Shown here: piece by piece, positions 10,770 through 19,270 of the stretch
Position numbering within the stretch: position 1 is the stretch's first letter
How the letters are laid out: each line of letters starts with the position of its first letter
NCBI GenBank assembly: GCA_950054195.1
Contig: CATLPG010000010.1
Location: 622 to 64,621 of the forward strand
Length of the DNA: 64,000 nucleotides
Source of the DNA: an uncultured Saccharospirillaceae bacterium
GTDB lineage: Bacteria; Bacteroidota; Bacteroidia; Flavobacteriales_D; CAJJDF01
Direction: 5' to 3'
The notes under the pieces: model-generated
Told to the model about the DNA's origin: nothing
The model's input: the letters and a program-made list of their open reading frames with translations, nothing else
Database searches by the model: none
Program-made: the position numbers and the translations under genes

Positions 10770-13115
10770 TTGGCTTTAAGATATCATAACACACTTATTA
10801 TTATTTTTTTAATAACCAGTTTTTCCTTTTACTCACAAGAGGGGGTTAAAATAGCTCCGACCATTGGAACTCCTGATCCATCTGCCCTTTTAGATATTGA
10901 AAATGGAGTTGATAAAAAAGGTATATTAATTACTAGAGTAAGCTTAACAAACAGAACTATTACAAACCCGATTAACACACCTGCTAATAGTCTTTTGGTT
11001 TTCAACACTAATTTTACTGGCACGAATTTTAACGATGTTCAGCCTGGTTATTATTACTGGGATACAGACTCAACCAAATGGATTCGACTTTTAACTACTG
11101 CTAGCTCTGATAATCAAAACATAGACTCATTGACTTTAGTTGACGCTAACCTTTCTATATTTATTGAAGATGGTGACTCATCAAGTATTGATTTATCCCC
11201 TTTAAAAGACCATGACTGGTATGAGATAGGTTTAAATGAGTCTGCGGATAATATTAATGACACAATTTATACTTTGGGTCATGTAGGGATAGGAACGAAC
11301 TCACCCTCTACTACCTTAGATATACAAGGAACTCATAAACAAATTAGAATTGGTAACAATAATGAAGCGGGTTATATCGAAATTTCAAGAGGAGATGGTA
11401 ATTATACTGGGGGCTTAGGTTACGAAACTGCCACAGAAAACAACATATTGGAATTAAGGAATAGCTCTGGAGGAGCAGAAATCAATGTAATTACAAATAC
11501 AGGTGTTGGAACTAGTGGAGGGTTTAACGTACAATCAGTAGGAACTGCAGCTACGCATATGACCGTTAGAAACACAGGAAGAGTTGGTTTAAGTACTATT
11601 AACCCTACTCACACACTAGATGTTAATGGAGAAGCAAGGGTTAGGGTTGTTAATGACACGCTAGAAGTTGCGAACCTACTAACAGCCAACACCAATGGTG
11701 TTATAAAAAAATTAGCCTATGATAGCTTAGTAAGTTATTTAAAAGATAGCATCAAAGATTTAGATTGGTACAAATCAAACACCAATACAACTCCTAACGA
11801 CATAAATGATTCTATTTACACCTTGGGAAATGTTGGTATTAAAACGCTGAATCCTTCTTATAGCTTACATATCGATAACGGGAACTTATTTAACATAACC
11901 AATAGACAAGCTGCCATACTAACCGAAGGTTTTTTTGGAGGAGGGGTAATCATGAAGGATATAACTCCCAACGGTTTTTCTGGTATGTTTATGAGCACAA
12001 CCGGTCCGAACGAAAACAAACTTCATTTATCTGTTTTAGATAATGGTTCGGGAAACTTAGAAAACTCTCATTTTACACTCAATGAATTTGGAGAAGTTGG
12101 TATTGGTACAACCGACCCATTGGAAATTTTACATATTGAAACTGGTAACGCTATTATAAATGCAGACCAATCTGGACTTAAATTTTCTGCAGGTAACATA
12201 ATGATTAGAAGAAATGGCGAGGATTTAGAATTTGTTGAGCTAGAAGATGGAGCCAATCTACCCCAATCTCCAATTGCTGGTGGCGGTAACGTTTGGATGC
12301 ATTTCGATGATCAAGGAGGAGAAACCGCTAGAATAGGTATTGGTACAATTACTCCCACTGATCGTTTACATGTAAATGGCTCAGTAAGAATTGGTATAAC
12401 TACAGCGGCTGGAGCTGGTCCTGTTGCGGGCTATGGAGACCGCTTATACTTTTCAGGAGGGCCAACTAACCCAATTTTCGGATCAGAAAACAGTGACCTC
12501 ATTTGGATGGCTAGATATAATTCTGGCATTGATTCAACTGAACTAAGGTTAAATATAGGTGACAATACAGCAGGGCATGATATTTTTAATGTAGGAAGAG
12601 TTACTGCTGGAGTTTGGACCCCTACAATCTCTGCAATAATTAGTCAAAGGCGAGTAGGTATAAACACCGAAACCCCTACCGAAGCTTTAGAAGTTGTTGG
12701 TAACATTTTAGCTAGTGGTACCATTACCCCTTCTGACAAGAGATTTAAGGAAAATATATCAATTATTGATTCTGCACTACTCAAGCTTCATCAATTAAAT
12801 GGTGTTACTTACACGATGAAAGAAGAATTTAAATCCAAAGGGTTTGAAGATAGAGTTCAAATTGGTGTAATTGCACAAGAAGTCGAAGCGATATATCCTC
12901 AACTCGTTAAAACAAATCCAGAGACTGGATATAAAGGGGTAGACTACAGTAAATTTACCCCTATATTAATAGAAGCAATAAAGGAACTAGATAAACAAGT
13001 TCAAAATTTAAAATCTGAAAATAATTCTCTAAAAAGTCAATTAGACGAACGTGATGTTATGGAAAAAAGGCTTCAAAGTCAAATTGATAAAATAAACCAA
13101 TCTTTAAGTCAATAA
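10770..13115 (+). CDS. tail fiber domain-containing protein (S74 intramolecular chaperone domain plus coiled coil)
   Basis: 781 aa with a TTG start that yields a signal peptide. The conserved N-domain is 'GVKIAPTIGTPDPSALLDIEN...KGILITRVSLTNRT...GYYYWDTDSTKWIRL'. A 'VGIGTxxPxxxLxVxG' motif recurs. The 'SDKRFKENI' Ser is at 12732, followed by 'GVIAQEVE' and a C-terminal coiled coil. Confidence 0.8.
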   Translation: MALRYHNTLIIIFLITSFSFYSQEGVKIAPTIGTPDPSALLDIENGVDKKGILITRVSLTNRTITNPINTPANSLLVFNTNFTGTNFNDVQPGYYYWDTDSTKWIRLLTTASSDNQNIDSLTLVDANLSIFIEDGDSSSIDLSPLKDHDWYEIGLNESADNINDTIYTLGHVGIGTNSPSTTLDIQGTHKQIRIGNNNEAGYIEISRGDGNYTGGLGYETATENNILELRNSSGGAEINVITNTGVGTSGGFNVQSVGTAATHMTVRNTGRVGLSTINPTHTLDVNGEARVRVVNDTLEVANLLTANTNGVIKKLAYDSLVSYLKDSIKDLDWYKSNTNTTPNDINDSIYTLGNVGIKTLNPSYSLHIDNGNLFNITNRQAAILTEGFFGGGVIMKDITPNGFSGMFMSTTGPNENKLHLSVLDNGSGNLENSHFTLNEFGEVGIGTTDPLEILHIETGNAIINADQSGLKFSAGNIMIRRNGEDLEFVELEDGANLPQSPIAGGGNVWMHFDDQGGETARIGIGTITPTDRLHVNGSVRIGITTAAGAGPVAGYGDRLYFSGGPTNPIFGSENSDLIWMARYNSGIDSTELRLNIGDNTAGHDIFNVGRVTAGVWTPTISAIISQRRVGINTETPTEALEVVGNILASGTITPSDKRFKENISIIDSALLKLHQLNGVTYTMKEEFKSKGFEDRVQIGVIAQEVEAIYPQLVKTNPETGYKGVDYSKFTPILIEAIKELDKQVQNLKSENNSLKSQLDERDVMEKRLQSQIDKINQSLSQ

Positions 13116-13118
13116 ACA

Positions 13119-16100
13119 ATGATAAACAAGTATATTATTTTTGTATTACTCCTATTAATAACTGGATTTTCTTTTTCTCAGCAAGGGGTTAAGATAGCTC
13201 CAACTGTGGGTACACCAGACCCTTCTGCTATGCTAGAAATTGAAAATGGAACAGATCAAAAAGGAGTTTTAATTACTCGTGTTAGCTTAACAAATCGAAC
13301 AATAGCAGCACCAATTAATACCCCTGCCAATAGTTTATTGGTATTCAATACTAATTTTTCAGGTAACACGTTCAATGATGTTCAACCTGGTTATTACTAT
13401 TGGGATACTGATTCAACGAAATGGATAAGACTCGCTACTTCATTAGGGTCTGATGATCAAAATATTGACTCTATTACACTAACCGATGATGAACTAACTA
13501 TCTATATTGAAAATGGAAATTCTTCTAATATTGATTTATCTCCTATTAAAGATCATGATTGGTATGAAGTAGGCACAACAGCATCTGCTAACAGCATCAA
13601 CGACTCTATATTTACTTATGGAAATGTTGGTATAGGCACCAACTCCCCTACATATATATTAGAAACAGCTGGTGCTAATAGTGATGCCTCGATAAACAAC
13701 ATTCGTGTAGGAAGAGGAGGAGGAGATCTAATCACGAATACTGTAGTTGGTAACAATGCACTATCTGCAAACACCACTGGAAACAATAATGTAGCAGTAG
13801 GCTTAGGGGCATTATCAAACAATACAACGGGTATACACAACAATGCTATTGGTGTTTCTTCACTTCAAGATAACCTTACCGGTAGAGGAAATGTTGGAGT
13901 TGGAATTAACACGCTACAAAGTAATACTGATGGTAGTTTTAATATTGCTCTAGGAGAAACAGCTTTACAATATGCTACTAGTGGCACGAGCAACATAGGA
14001 ATTGGCTTAAGGAGTTTAAGAAACAATATAACGGGCAGCAATAATATAGGTGTTGGTACTGATGCCATTGCTAATAGTACAGGTAATGGTAACATTGGAA
14101 TAGGTCAATTAGCCGGCTTTGATGTCTCGGCTAGCTCTAATGGAACATACATTGGAAACTCAATAAGAGGAGATTTCGTTGGAGATAATAACATTGTTAT
14201 TGGTTCAAAAAACTATTCAATTGCAGGACCAGAAAACACAACAGCACTAGCATCAAGCAATTCAATATTTATAAATGCAAATAATGGAATAGAAAGAATT
14301 AGAGTCAATAACTTAGGTGATGTTGGAATAGGAGCTTTTGATCCAACACATAAACTAGACGTTAATGGAGAATTAAGATTAAGAACCATTATAGATACAC
14401 TAGAAATAGCTAACCTTTTATCTTCCAACACAAATGGAGTTATAAAAAAACTAGCTTACGATAGCTTGGTGAGTTATTTAAGAGATAGCATTAAAGATGC
14501 TGATTGGTACGAATTAGGAACAACTAACTCCCCTACAAATATTAATTCTCCAGTATATACACTAGGTGATGTTGGCATTGGTACAACTACACCAAGCAAT
14601 CAATTAACGGTTAACGGTAATAGCTCAATCATTAATGGTTCTCTCGGTTTTAATAGAAATCCATCAACTGGAGCATTACCTACTGGGGGTATTGCTAATT
14701 CAGGGAAATTTCAGGTAACCTATCAGTCAGACCATATTAGCTTGGAGTCTTATAAGCAAAATTCACTAACTGCAGATGGAAATTTAGTTTTAGATACCAA
14801 TGGAAATGTTGGTATTGCTACTACTACTCCTCAAGGAAGATTGGATGTTGAAGCAAGTGATGAATTTTATCTTGGAAGAAACGATGCAAACGCACGAATA
14901 ATAGCTAGTAATGGAAATAACTTACAGTTTAAGCCACCGGTTGATGGAAATGAAATACAGTTCATGGACGGTAACACGAATAATAGTATGGACATTACTG
15001 TTGGTCCTGAAGCTACAATACAAATTCTTACTCCTGTTGCAGGAGCTGGTGATTTGGCCATTATTACTGATCCCGCTTTTGGAGATGATGGTGATGTTAT
15101 TTTTAGAGGTGGTACAGCCTCTGCAGAGCGAATGCGAATAAAAGGTAGTGGAAAAGTTGGAATTGGAACTCCTGCTCCAACACAATTATTACATGTCCAA
15201 GGGAACGAATACTTACAAGACACACTTTTTGTTAGGGACGCAATAAGAATGAACCCCGAGAATAGTATTGGAATAGCTCCAGACATTTGGATGAGACAGC
15301 AAGGATATATTGTTTCTGAAGACAATACCTTTCTCGTATCAAATGGAAATAATGATGGGAGTGGTGATCTAATTTTTTCTTCTGGAGCTGATGTTTTTGG
15401 TGGAGCTGGGTATACTGAGCACATGAGGGTACTTACTGCTAATGGAAACGTAGGAATTAACAACACTGCTCCCGAAGAGAAACTGGTTGTTAATGGAGTC
15501 GCTCGATTAGCTGGTATACCAACAACAGATTCAACAGATACTAGAATTCATCTAGAAATAGGAACGAATCCTATTGGTAACAACTTTACACAACCAGGAA
15601 GCGATAGACATTTTAGAATTTTAACTGAAACAAACTACCAAACTCAATTTAGAGATTGGATGATATTTGAGGCTATGGACGGAAATGATCCAGAGCAAGA
15701 TGGAGGATTTGTTTTTAGAAGCAGTAATAATTTAGGAGCAAAAAATGATGTTTTAATTGTTCAATCGAGATCTGGAGGAAGAGTTGGTATTAATACAATT
15801 ACACCAACTGAAGCACTACATGTTACAGGTAATATATTAGCAAGCGGTACTATTACACCATCAGATAGTAACTACAAAAAAAATGTTGCTCCTCTCAATA
15901 ATGCCCTAGAACAAACACTTAAACTTAGAGGAGTATCCTATCAAATGAAAGAAGAACACCAAGAGCAAGGCTTTGGAAAAGGAAATCAAATTGGAGTAAT
16001 TGCCCAAGAAGTTGAAAAAATTTACCCCGAACTCGTGAGAACAAACGAAGAAGGATACAAAGGAGTTGATTACAGTAAATTTACACCTATATTGATAGAA

Positions 16101-16274
16101 GCCATTAAGGAGCAACAAGAAATTATTGAGTCGTTAAGAAATCAAAACAATCAATTATCTAAAGATAATGATGCATTAAAGACGTCTATAGAGAATCAAA
16201 ACAAGGTGGATGATAGTCTTCAAAAACAGATTGACGAGTTAAAAGAAATATTAAATCAAACCAGTTCAAAATAA
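13119..16274 (+). CDS. tail fiber domain-containing protein (S74 intramolecular chaperone domain plus coiled coil)
   Basis: 1051 aa, starting 3 nt after the previous stop. Its N-terminal ~170 aa are paralogous to 10770..13115. YadA-head-like 'NNxAxGxxALxxNTTG' repeats lie at ~13750..14130. The 'SDSNYKKNV' Ser is at 15861, followed by 'GVIAQEVE' and a coiled-coil tail. Confidence 0.8.
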   Translation: MINKYIIFVLLLLITGFSFSQQGVKIAPTVGTPDPSAMLEIENGTDQKGVLITRVSLTNRTIAAPINTPANSLLVFNTNFSGNTFNDVQPGYYYWDTDSTKWIRLATSLGSDDQNIDSITLTDDELTIYIENGNSSNIDLSPIKDHDWYEVGTTASANSINDSIFTYGNVGIGTNSPTYILETAGANSDASINNIRVGRGGGDLITNTVVGNNALSANTTGNNNVAVGLGALSNNTTGIHNNAIGVSSLQDNLTGRGNVGVGINTLQSNTDGSFNIALGETALQYATSGTSNIGIGLRSLRNNITGSNNIGVGTDAIANSTGNGNIGIGQLAGFDVSASSNGTYIGNSIRGDFVGDNNIVIGSKNYSIAGPENTTALASSNSIFINANNGIERIRVNNLGDVGIGAFDPTHKLDVNGELRLRTIIDTLEIANLLSSNTNGVIKKLAYDSLVSYLRDSIKDADWYELGTTNSPTNINSPVYTLGDVGIGTTTPSNQLTVNGNSSIINGSLGFNRNPSTGALPTGGIANSGKFQVTYQSDHISLESYKQNSLTADGNLVLDTNGNVGIATTTPQGRLDVEASDEFYLGRNDANARIIASNGNNLQFKPPVDGNEIQFMDGNTNNSMDITVGPEATIQILTPVAGAGDLAIITDPAFGDDGDVIFRGGTASAERMRIKGSGKVGIGTPAPTQLLHVQGNEYLQDTLFVRDAIRMNPENSIGIAPDIWMRQQGYIVSEDNTFLVSNGNNDGSGDLIFSSGADVFGGAGYTEHMRVLTANGNVGINNTAPEEKLVVNGVARLAGIPTTDSTDTRIHLEIGTNPIGNNFTQPGSDRHFRILTETNYQTQFRDWMIFEAMDGNDPEQDGGFVFRSSNNLGAKNDVLIVQSRSGGRVGINTITPTEALHVTGNILASGTITPSDSNYKKNVAPLNNALEQTLKLRGVSYQMKEEHQEQGFGKGNQIGVIAQEVEKIYPELVRTNEEGYKGVDYSKFTPILIEAIKEQQEIIESLRNQNNQLSKDNDALKTSIENQNKVDDSLQKQIDELKEILNQTSSK

Positions 16275-16304
16275 CTTTTAGTTAGGTATAATTGAATAGA
16301 TACT

Positions 16305-16312
16305 TATCTTTG
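16305..16312 (+). promoter_or_regulatory. candidate Bacteroidetes -7 box (TAnnTTTG) upstream of ccmB
   Basis: TATCTTTG lies 26 nt upstream of the TTG start at 16339. I found no convincing -33 TTTG. Confidence 0.35.
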
Positions 16313-16338
16313 GTAAAGAGTTAAGAAACTTACTCATC

Positions 16339-17001
16339 TTGATCAAACAAATTCTACATCTTATTAAGCACGAGTTTAATTTAGAGCTCAAGCAAAAACA
16401 ATTCATGAGTTCTATCATCATGTATATAGTTAGTACTGTTTTTGTTTGTTACTTAACTTTTAAGTCCTTAGAAAATACTGTTATATGGAACGGTGTATTT
16501 TGGATTATTATTTTGTTTTCACTTACTAATGCTATTTCAAAATCGTTTGCTAACGAAAACTCATCTTATCAACTTTTTATCTATACTCTTGTTAATCCCC
16601 GAGCTTTAATATTGGGTAAAATTATTTATAACACACTATTAACTTTTGTATTAGTTATTATAGCTTATCTCTTGTTTAGTGTTTTTATCCAAACAGATAA
16701 CAGTTCAACTACTCCACTAATATTTATCACTGGCTTAGTATTAGGCAGTTTTGCTATATCATCTACATTAACATTAGTAAGTGCAATAGCTGCAAAGACA
16801 AATAATAACTTAGGAATATTAGCTATTTTGGCTTTTCCTATTGTGCTCCCCACACTCTTAATTGCTATAAAAATTACCAGTTTAGGAATGCAAGGAGGTA
16901 GTTGGAGTGATATTTCTGATCAAATAATAATGCTGAGTGCTATAAATATGATGGTTGTCACATTAGCGTTTTTATTATTTCCTTACCTTTGGAGACAGTA
17001 A
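16339..17001 (+). CDS. ccmB: heme exporter protein CcmB (System I cytochrome c maturation)
   Basis: 220 aa with about 6 TM segments. It is collinear by eye with E. coli CcmB: 'HEFNLELK' vs 'FRLELRV', 'GVFWIIILFSLTNAISKSF' vs 'GIIWVAALLSSLLALERLF', 'ILAFPIVLPTLLIA' vs 'ILVLPLTIPLLIFA'. TTG start. Confidence 0.7.
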   Translation: MIKQILHLIKHEFNLELKQKQFMSSIIMYIVSTVFVCYLTFKSLENTVIWNGVFWIIILFSLTNAISKSFANENSSYQLFIYTLVNPRALILGKIIYNTLLTFVLVIIAYLLFSVFIQTDNSSTTPLIFITGLVLGSFAISSTLTLVSAIAAKTNNNLGILAILAFPIVLPTLLIAIKITSLGMQGGSWSDISDQIIMLSAINMMVVTLAFLLFPYLWRQ

Positions 17002-17002
17002 A

Positions 17003-18055
17003 ATGAAAGGACTCTGGTGGAAAATATTAACTGTTTTGATATTACTTTATGTAGTTATCTTTTCATTTATTGTACCACTCCGTCCTGATATCTCAAAGCT
17101 ATCAAACACTAACCTATCAATAGGTTATAACACAGTTACTGCTACTGGTTATAACACAGCTTTTGATAAATACACCAATAATATTAGTGGCTATATCAGC
17201 TATGAAAAAAAAGCGATTGCCTGCTTAAACAACATTAAAGCAACTAATAATCAAGAAATTACTTTTACGGTTAATATTCCGAAAGAATTACCTGCAAAAA
17301 ATCTTCATTTAAATCTTTCAACTCCTGATTATACCATTTTTGCTCCTGAAATCATCAAGGTTTATGAGGCTGATAAAACTGAAAGCTTTACCCCTGCTAA
17401 CTGCGAAACAGTTAATTCTACTAACAAATCATTAGGATTCCCTAACAGGTTGTTGTTAAATGAGACCATTAGAAATTTAATGTTTCATGTACCTATGTGG
17501 TTTACCATGATGGTATTGTTGTTTCTTTCATTTTTATCCTCTATTCGTTATTTAAATGGATTTAATCTAGCTCATGATTTAAAAGCTTCTCAAGCAGTTA
17601 ATATTGGTTTGTTATTTGCTGTTTTAGGTATTATAACTGGCGCTATATGGGCAAAATTCACATGGAGCGATCATACCCCCCTATTCTCCTTAACCGGATG
17701 GTGGGCAAACGATGTAAAACTTAATGGAGCAGCTATAAGCACACTTATTTATATTGCGTATAGAATTCTTAGAAGCTCTATTAGTGACGAACATCAACGA
17801 GCAAAAGTAAGTGCGGTCTATAATATTTTTGCTTTTGTACTCATGTTGGTTTTTATTATGATACTACCAAGGATATACGACTCATTACACCCTGGTAATG
17901 GAGGAAATCCTGCATTTGGAGCGTATGATCTTGATAACACCTTGCGAATGGTTTTCTATCCAGCAGTTATTGGATGGATTGGTTTAGGCATATGGATACT
18001 TCAAATTAAAGTAAGACTTGAAAAATTAAATAATACAATTAATGACAGCTATTAA
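17003..18055 (+). CDS. ccmC: cytochrome c assembly protein CcmC-like, with an extra ~150-aa N-terminal region
   Basis: Trp-rich WWD-like motif 'TGWWANDVKLNGAA', plus conserved His contexts 'FHVPMWF' and 'SLHPGNGG'. Starts 1 nt after the ccmB stop. Confidence 0.7.
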   Translation: MKGLWWKILTVLILLYVVIFSFIVPLRPDISKLSNTNLSIGYNTVTATGYNTAFDKYTNNISGYISYEKKAIACLNNIKATNNQEITFTVNIPKELPAKNLHLNLSTPDYTIFAPEIIKVYEADKTESFTPANCETVNSTNKSLGFPNRLLLNETIRNLMFHVPMWFTMMVLLFLSFLSSIRYLNGFNLAHDLKASQAVNIGLLFAVLGIITGAIWAKFTWSDHTPLFSLTGWWANDVKLNGAAISTLIYIAYRILRSSISDEHQRAKVSAVYNIFAFVLMLVFIMILPRIYDSLHPGNGGNPAFGAYDLDNTLRMVFYPAVIGWIGLGIWILQIKVRLEKLNNTINDSY

Positions 18056-18263
18056 GAAATATTTTTTGTTGCTTCTAGCAGTTACCATTGCTAGTTTAGG
18101 CTTTGGTCAAAGCAGTGAGTCTGGGATAGACCAAACATTACACGAATCTGGAAAAATTTATATTGTAGTAGCTGTTTTATCTGTGGTTTTGATAGGAATT
18201 ATTTTCTTTTTAATTAAAACAGAATTAAAAATCAAGAAGTTAGAAGACGAAATACGCAACTAA
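18042..18263 (+). CDS. CcmD family small membrane protein
   Basis: 73 aa, overlapping ccmC by 14 nt. 'SGKIYIVVAVLSVVLIGIIFFLIKTELKIKKLEDEI' is the typical Bacteroidetes CcmD-family TM segment with a basic tail. Confidence 0.6.
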   Translation: MTAIKKYFLLLLAVTIASLGFGQSSESGIDQTLHESGKIYIVVAVLSVVLIGIIFFLIKTELKIKKLEDEIRN

Positions 18264-18301
18264 CACACAATTTTTAACGTTTACTAATAAAACACCTTAT
18301 T

Positions 18302-18523
18302 ATGAAAACGTTAAATCTTACACTGTTTTCGATTTTGCTAGGTGCAAACTCGTTAATGGCTCAGTCCACTAACCAAGAAGAAGAACAAGTATCGTTTTGG
18401 TTTCAAAAATTTATGGGGTTTCAAGTTATTGAACTTGTTATTTCGGTAGTTGCAATTGTAGCAGTAGTTTATGTTGCCTATGCTATGAGTAAAGTTAAAA
18501 AGAGAAAAAAATCCCAAAACTAA
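18302..18523 (+). CDS. hypothetical small membrane protein (same architecture as the preceding CcmD-like gene)
   Basis: 73 aa: signal-like N-terminus, a single TM 'VIELVISVVAIVAVVYVAYA', and a basic tail KVKKRKKSQN. Confidence 0.45.
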   Translation: MKTLNLTLFSILLGANSLMAQSTNQEEEQVSFWFQKFMGFQVIELVISVVAIVAVVYVAYAMSKVKKRKKSQN

Positions 18524-18824
18524 CCACCTTAAATTGGTTATAAAGACCGAAAAATAATTAGCACCAATTAATACCAACGTCTAATAGCACATAACACGTC
18601 TCATAGTTAAATCATTAAAAAATTAATTATGGGAACTGCTATCTTAACATTGGACATGCCTTTTATGTACCTAACTCCAAGGATCAAGAGACTAATAAAA
18701 ACACTCTCAATTCAAATCTACCAGATTCTTAATTTTAGTGCCATTTTTAATAATTCTGTTGCCTAGCAATAGATTTAACACGATGAATCATTCACAAAAT
18801 TAAACAGCTTGAATGAAAAGTTTG

Positions 18825-18832
18825 TATCTTTG
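18825..18832 (+). promoter_or_regulatory. candidate -7 box (TAnnTTTG) upstream of ccmE
   Basis: TATCTTTG lies 17 nt upstream of the ATG at 18850, at the end of a 326-bp non-coding gap. Confidence 0.35.
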
Positions 18833-18849
18833 GTTGAAGAACAATCACT

Positions 18850-19218
18850 ATGAAAAAAGTTGAAATCATTCTTATTTTGTTAGTTGCTGTAGCTATTGCT
18901 ATTATATTCGGATTTACGGCTAACGCTAGTACGTATGGTAATTTTTCGCAAGCTTTTGATAGCGAAGGAAAAACATTTACTGTAGTAGGCAAGTTGGATA
19001 AAGAGTCTCCTATCAAAAGTCAAGCAAATTTAGTTGTATTTAACATGATCGACAAAGAAGGTAAAGCGTGTAAAGTATATTTAAACCAAACAGTTCCTGA
19101 GCACTTTGATCGATCAGACAATGTTGTTATTACTGGTAAAGCAAGCCGAGACAAAGAAGCTTTTATGGCTACAGAAGTGCAATTAAAATGTCCTTCTAAG
19201 TACAACGATGAGAAGTAA
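18850..19218 (+). CDS. ccmE: cytochrome c maturation heme chaperone CcmE, CxxxY variant
   Basis: 122 aa: N-terminal TM anchor, OB-fold-like body, and C-terminal 'LKCPSKYNDEK' (C-P-S-K-Y) where the canonical HxxxY heme-binding motif would sit. Confidence 0.7.
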   Translation: MKKVEIILILLVAVAIAIIFGFTANASTYGNFSQAFDSEGKTFTVVGKLDKESPIKSQANLVVFNMIDKEGKACKVYLNQTVPEHFDRSDNVVITGKASRDKEAFMATEVQLKCPSKYNDEK

Positions 19219-19270
19219 AATTTCTCTTTAAAACTATTCACATTTTGAAATCAAAAAATTTAACCCATTT

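Noticed and set aside
14867-15466. 199-aa antisense ORF (plus 13616..13843, 13865..14095, 14213..14431 and 14922..15185) inside the 1051-aa fibre gene
   Set aside because: These are shadow ORFs. The sense gene is rich in GGN/AAT/ACN codons, whose complements lack stop codons. Their products are low-complexity Pro/Leu/Ser strings with no start context, and the sense gene has strong paralog support.
1-16274. Prophage or tailocin interpretation of the four 'tail fibre' genes
   Set aside because: No capsid, baseplate, sheath, terminase, lysis or integrase gene is present, and no att-like repeats were seen. The genes carry Sec signal peptides and are interleaved with guaB and other core genes. 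The left flank outside the window cannot be excluded.
10770-16274. Diversity-generating retroelement or invertase-driven phase variation acting on the fibre or adhesin genes
   Set aside because: No reverse transcriptase, template repeat, site-specific recombinase or flanking inverted repeats around promoters were found in the window.
18629-18766. 45-codon ORF (MGTAILTLDMPFMYLTPRIKRLIKTLSIQIYQILNFSAIFNNSVA) in the ccm gap
   Set aside because: It has no signal or TM segment, no conserved motif and no coupling to neighbours, so there is not enough evidence to call a gene. The gap itself is reported as a finding.
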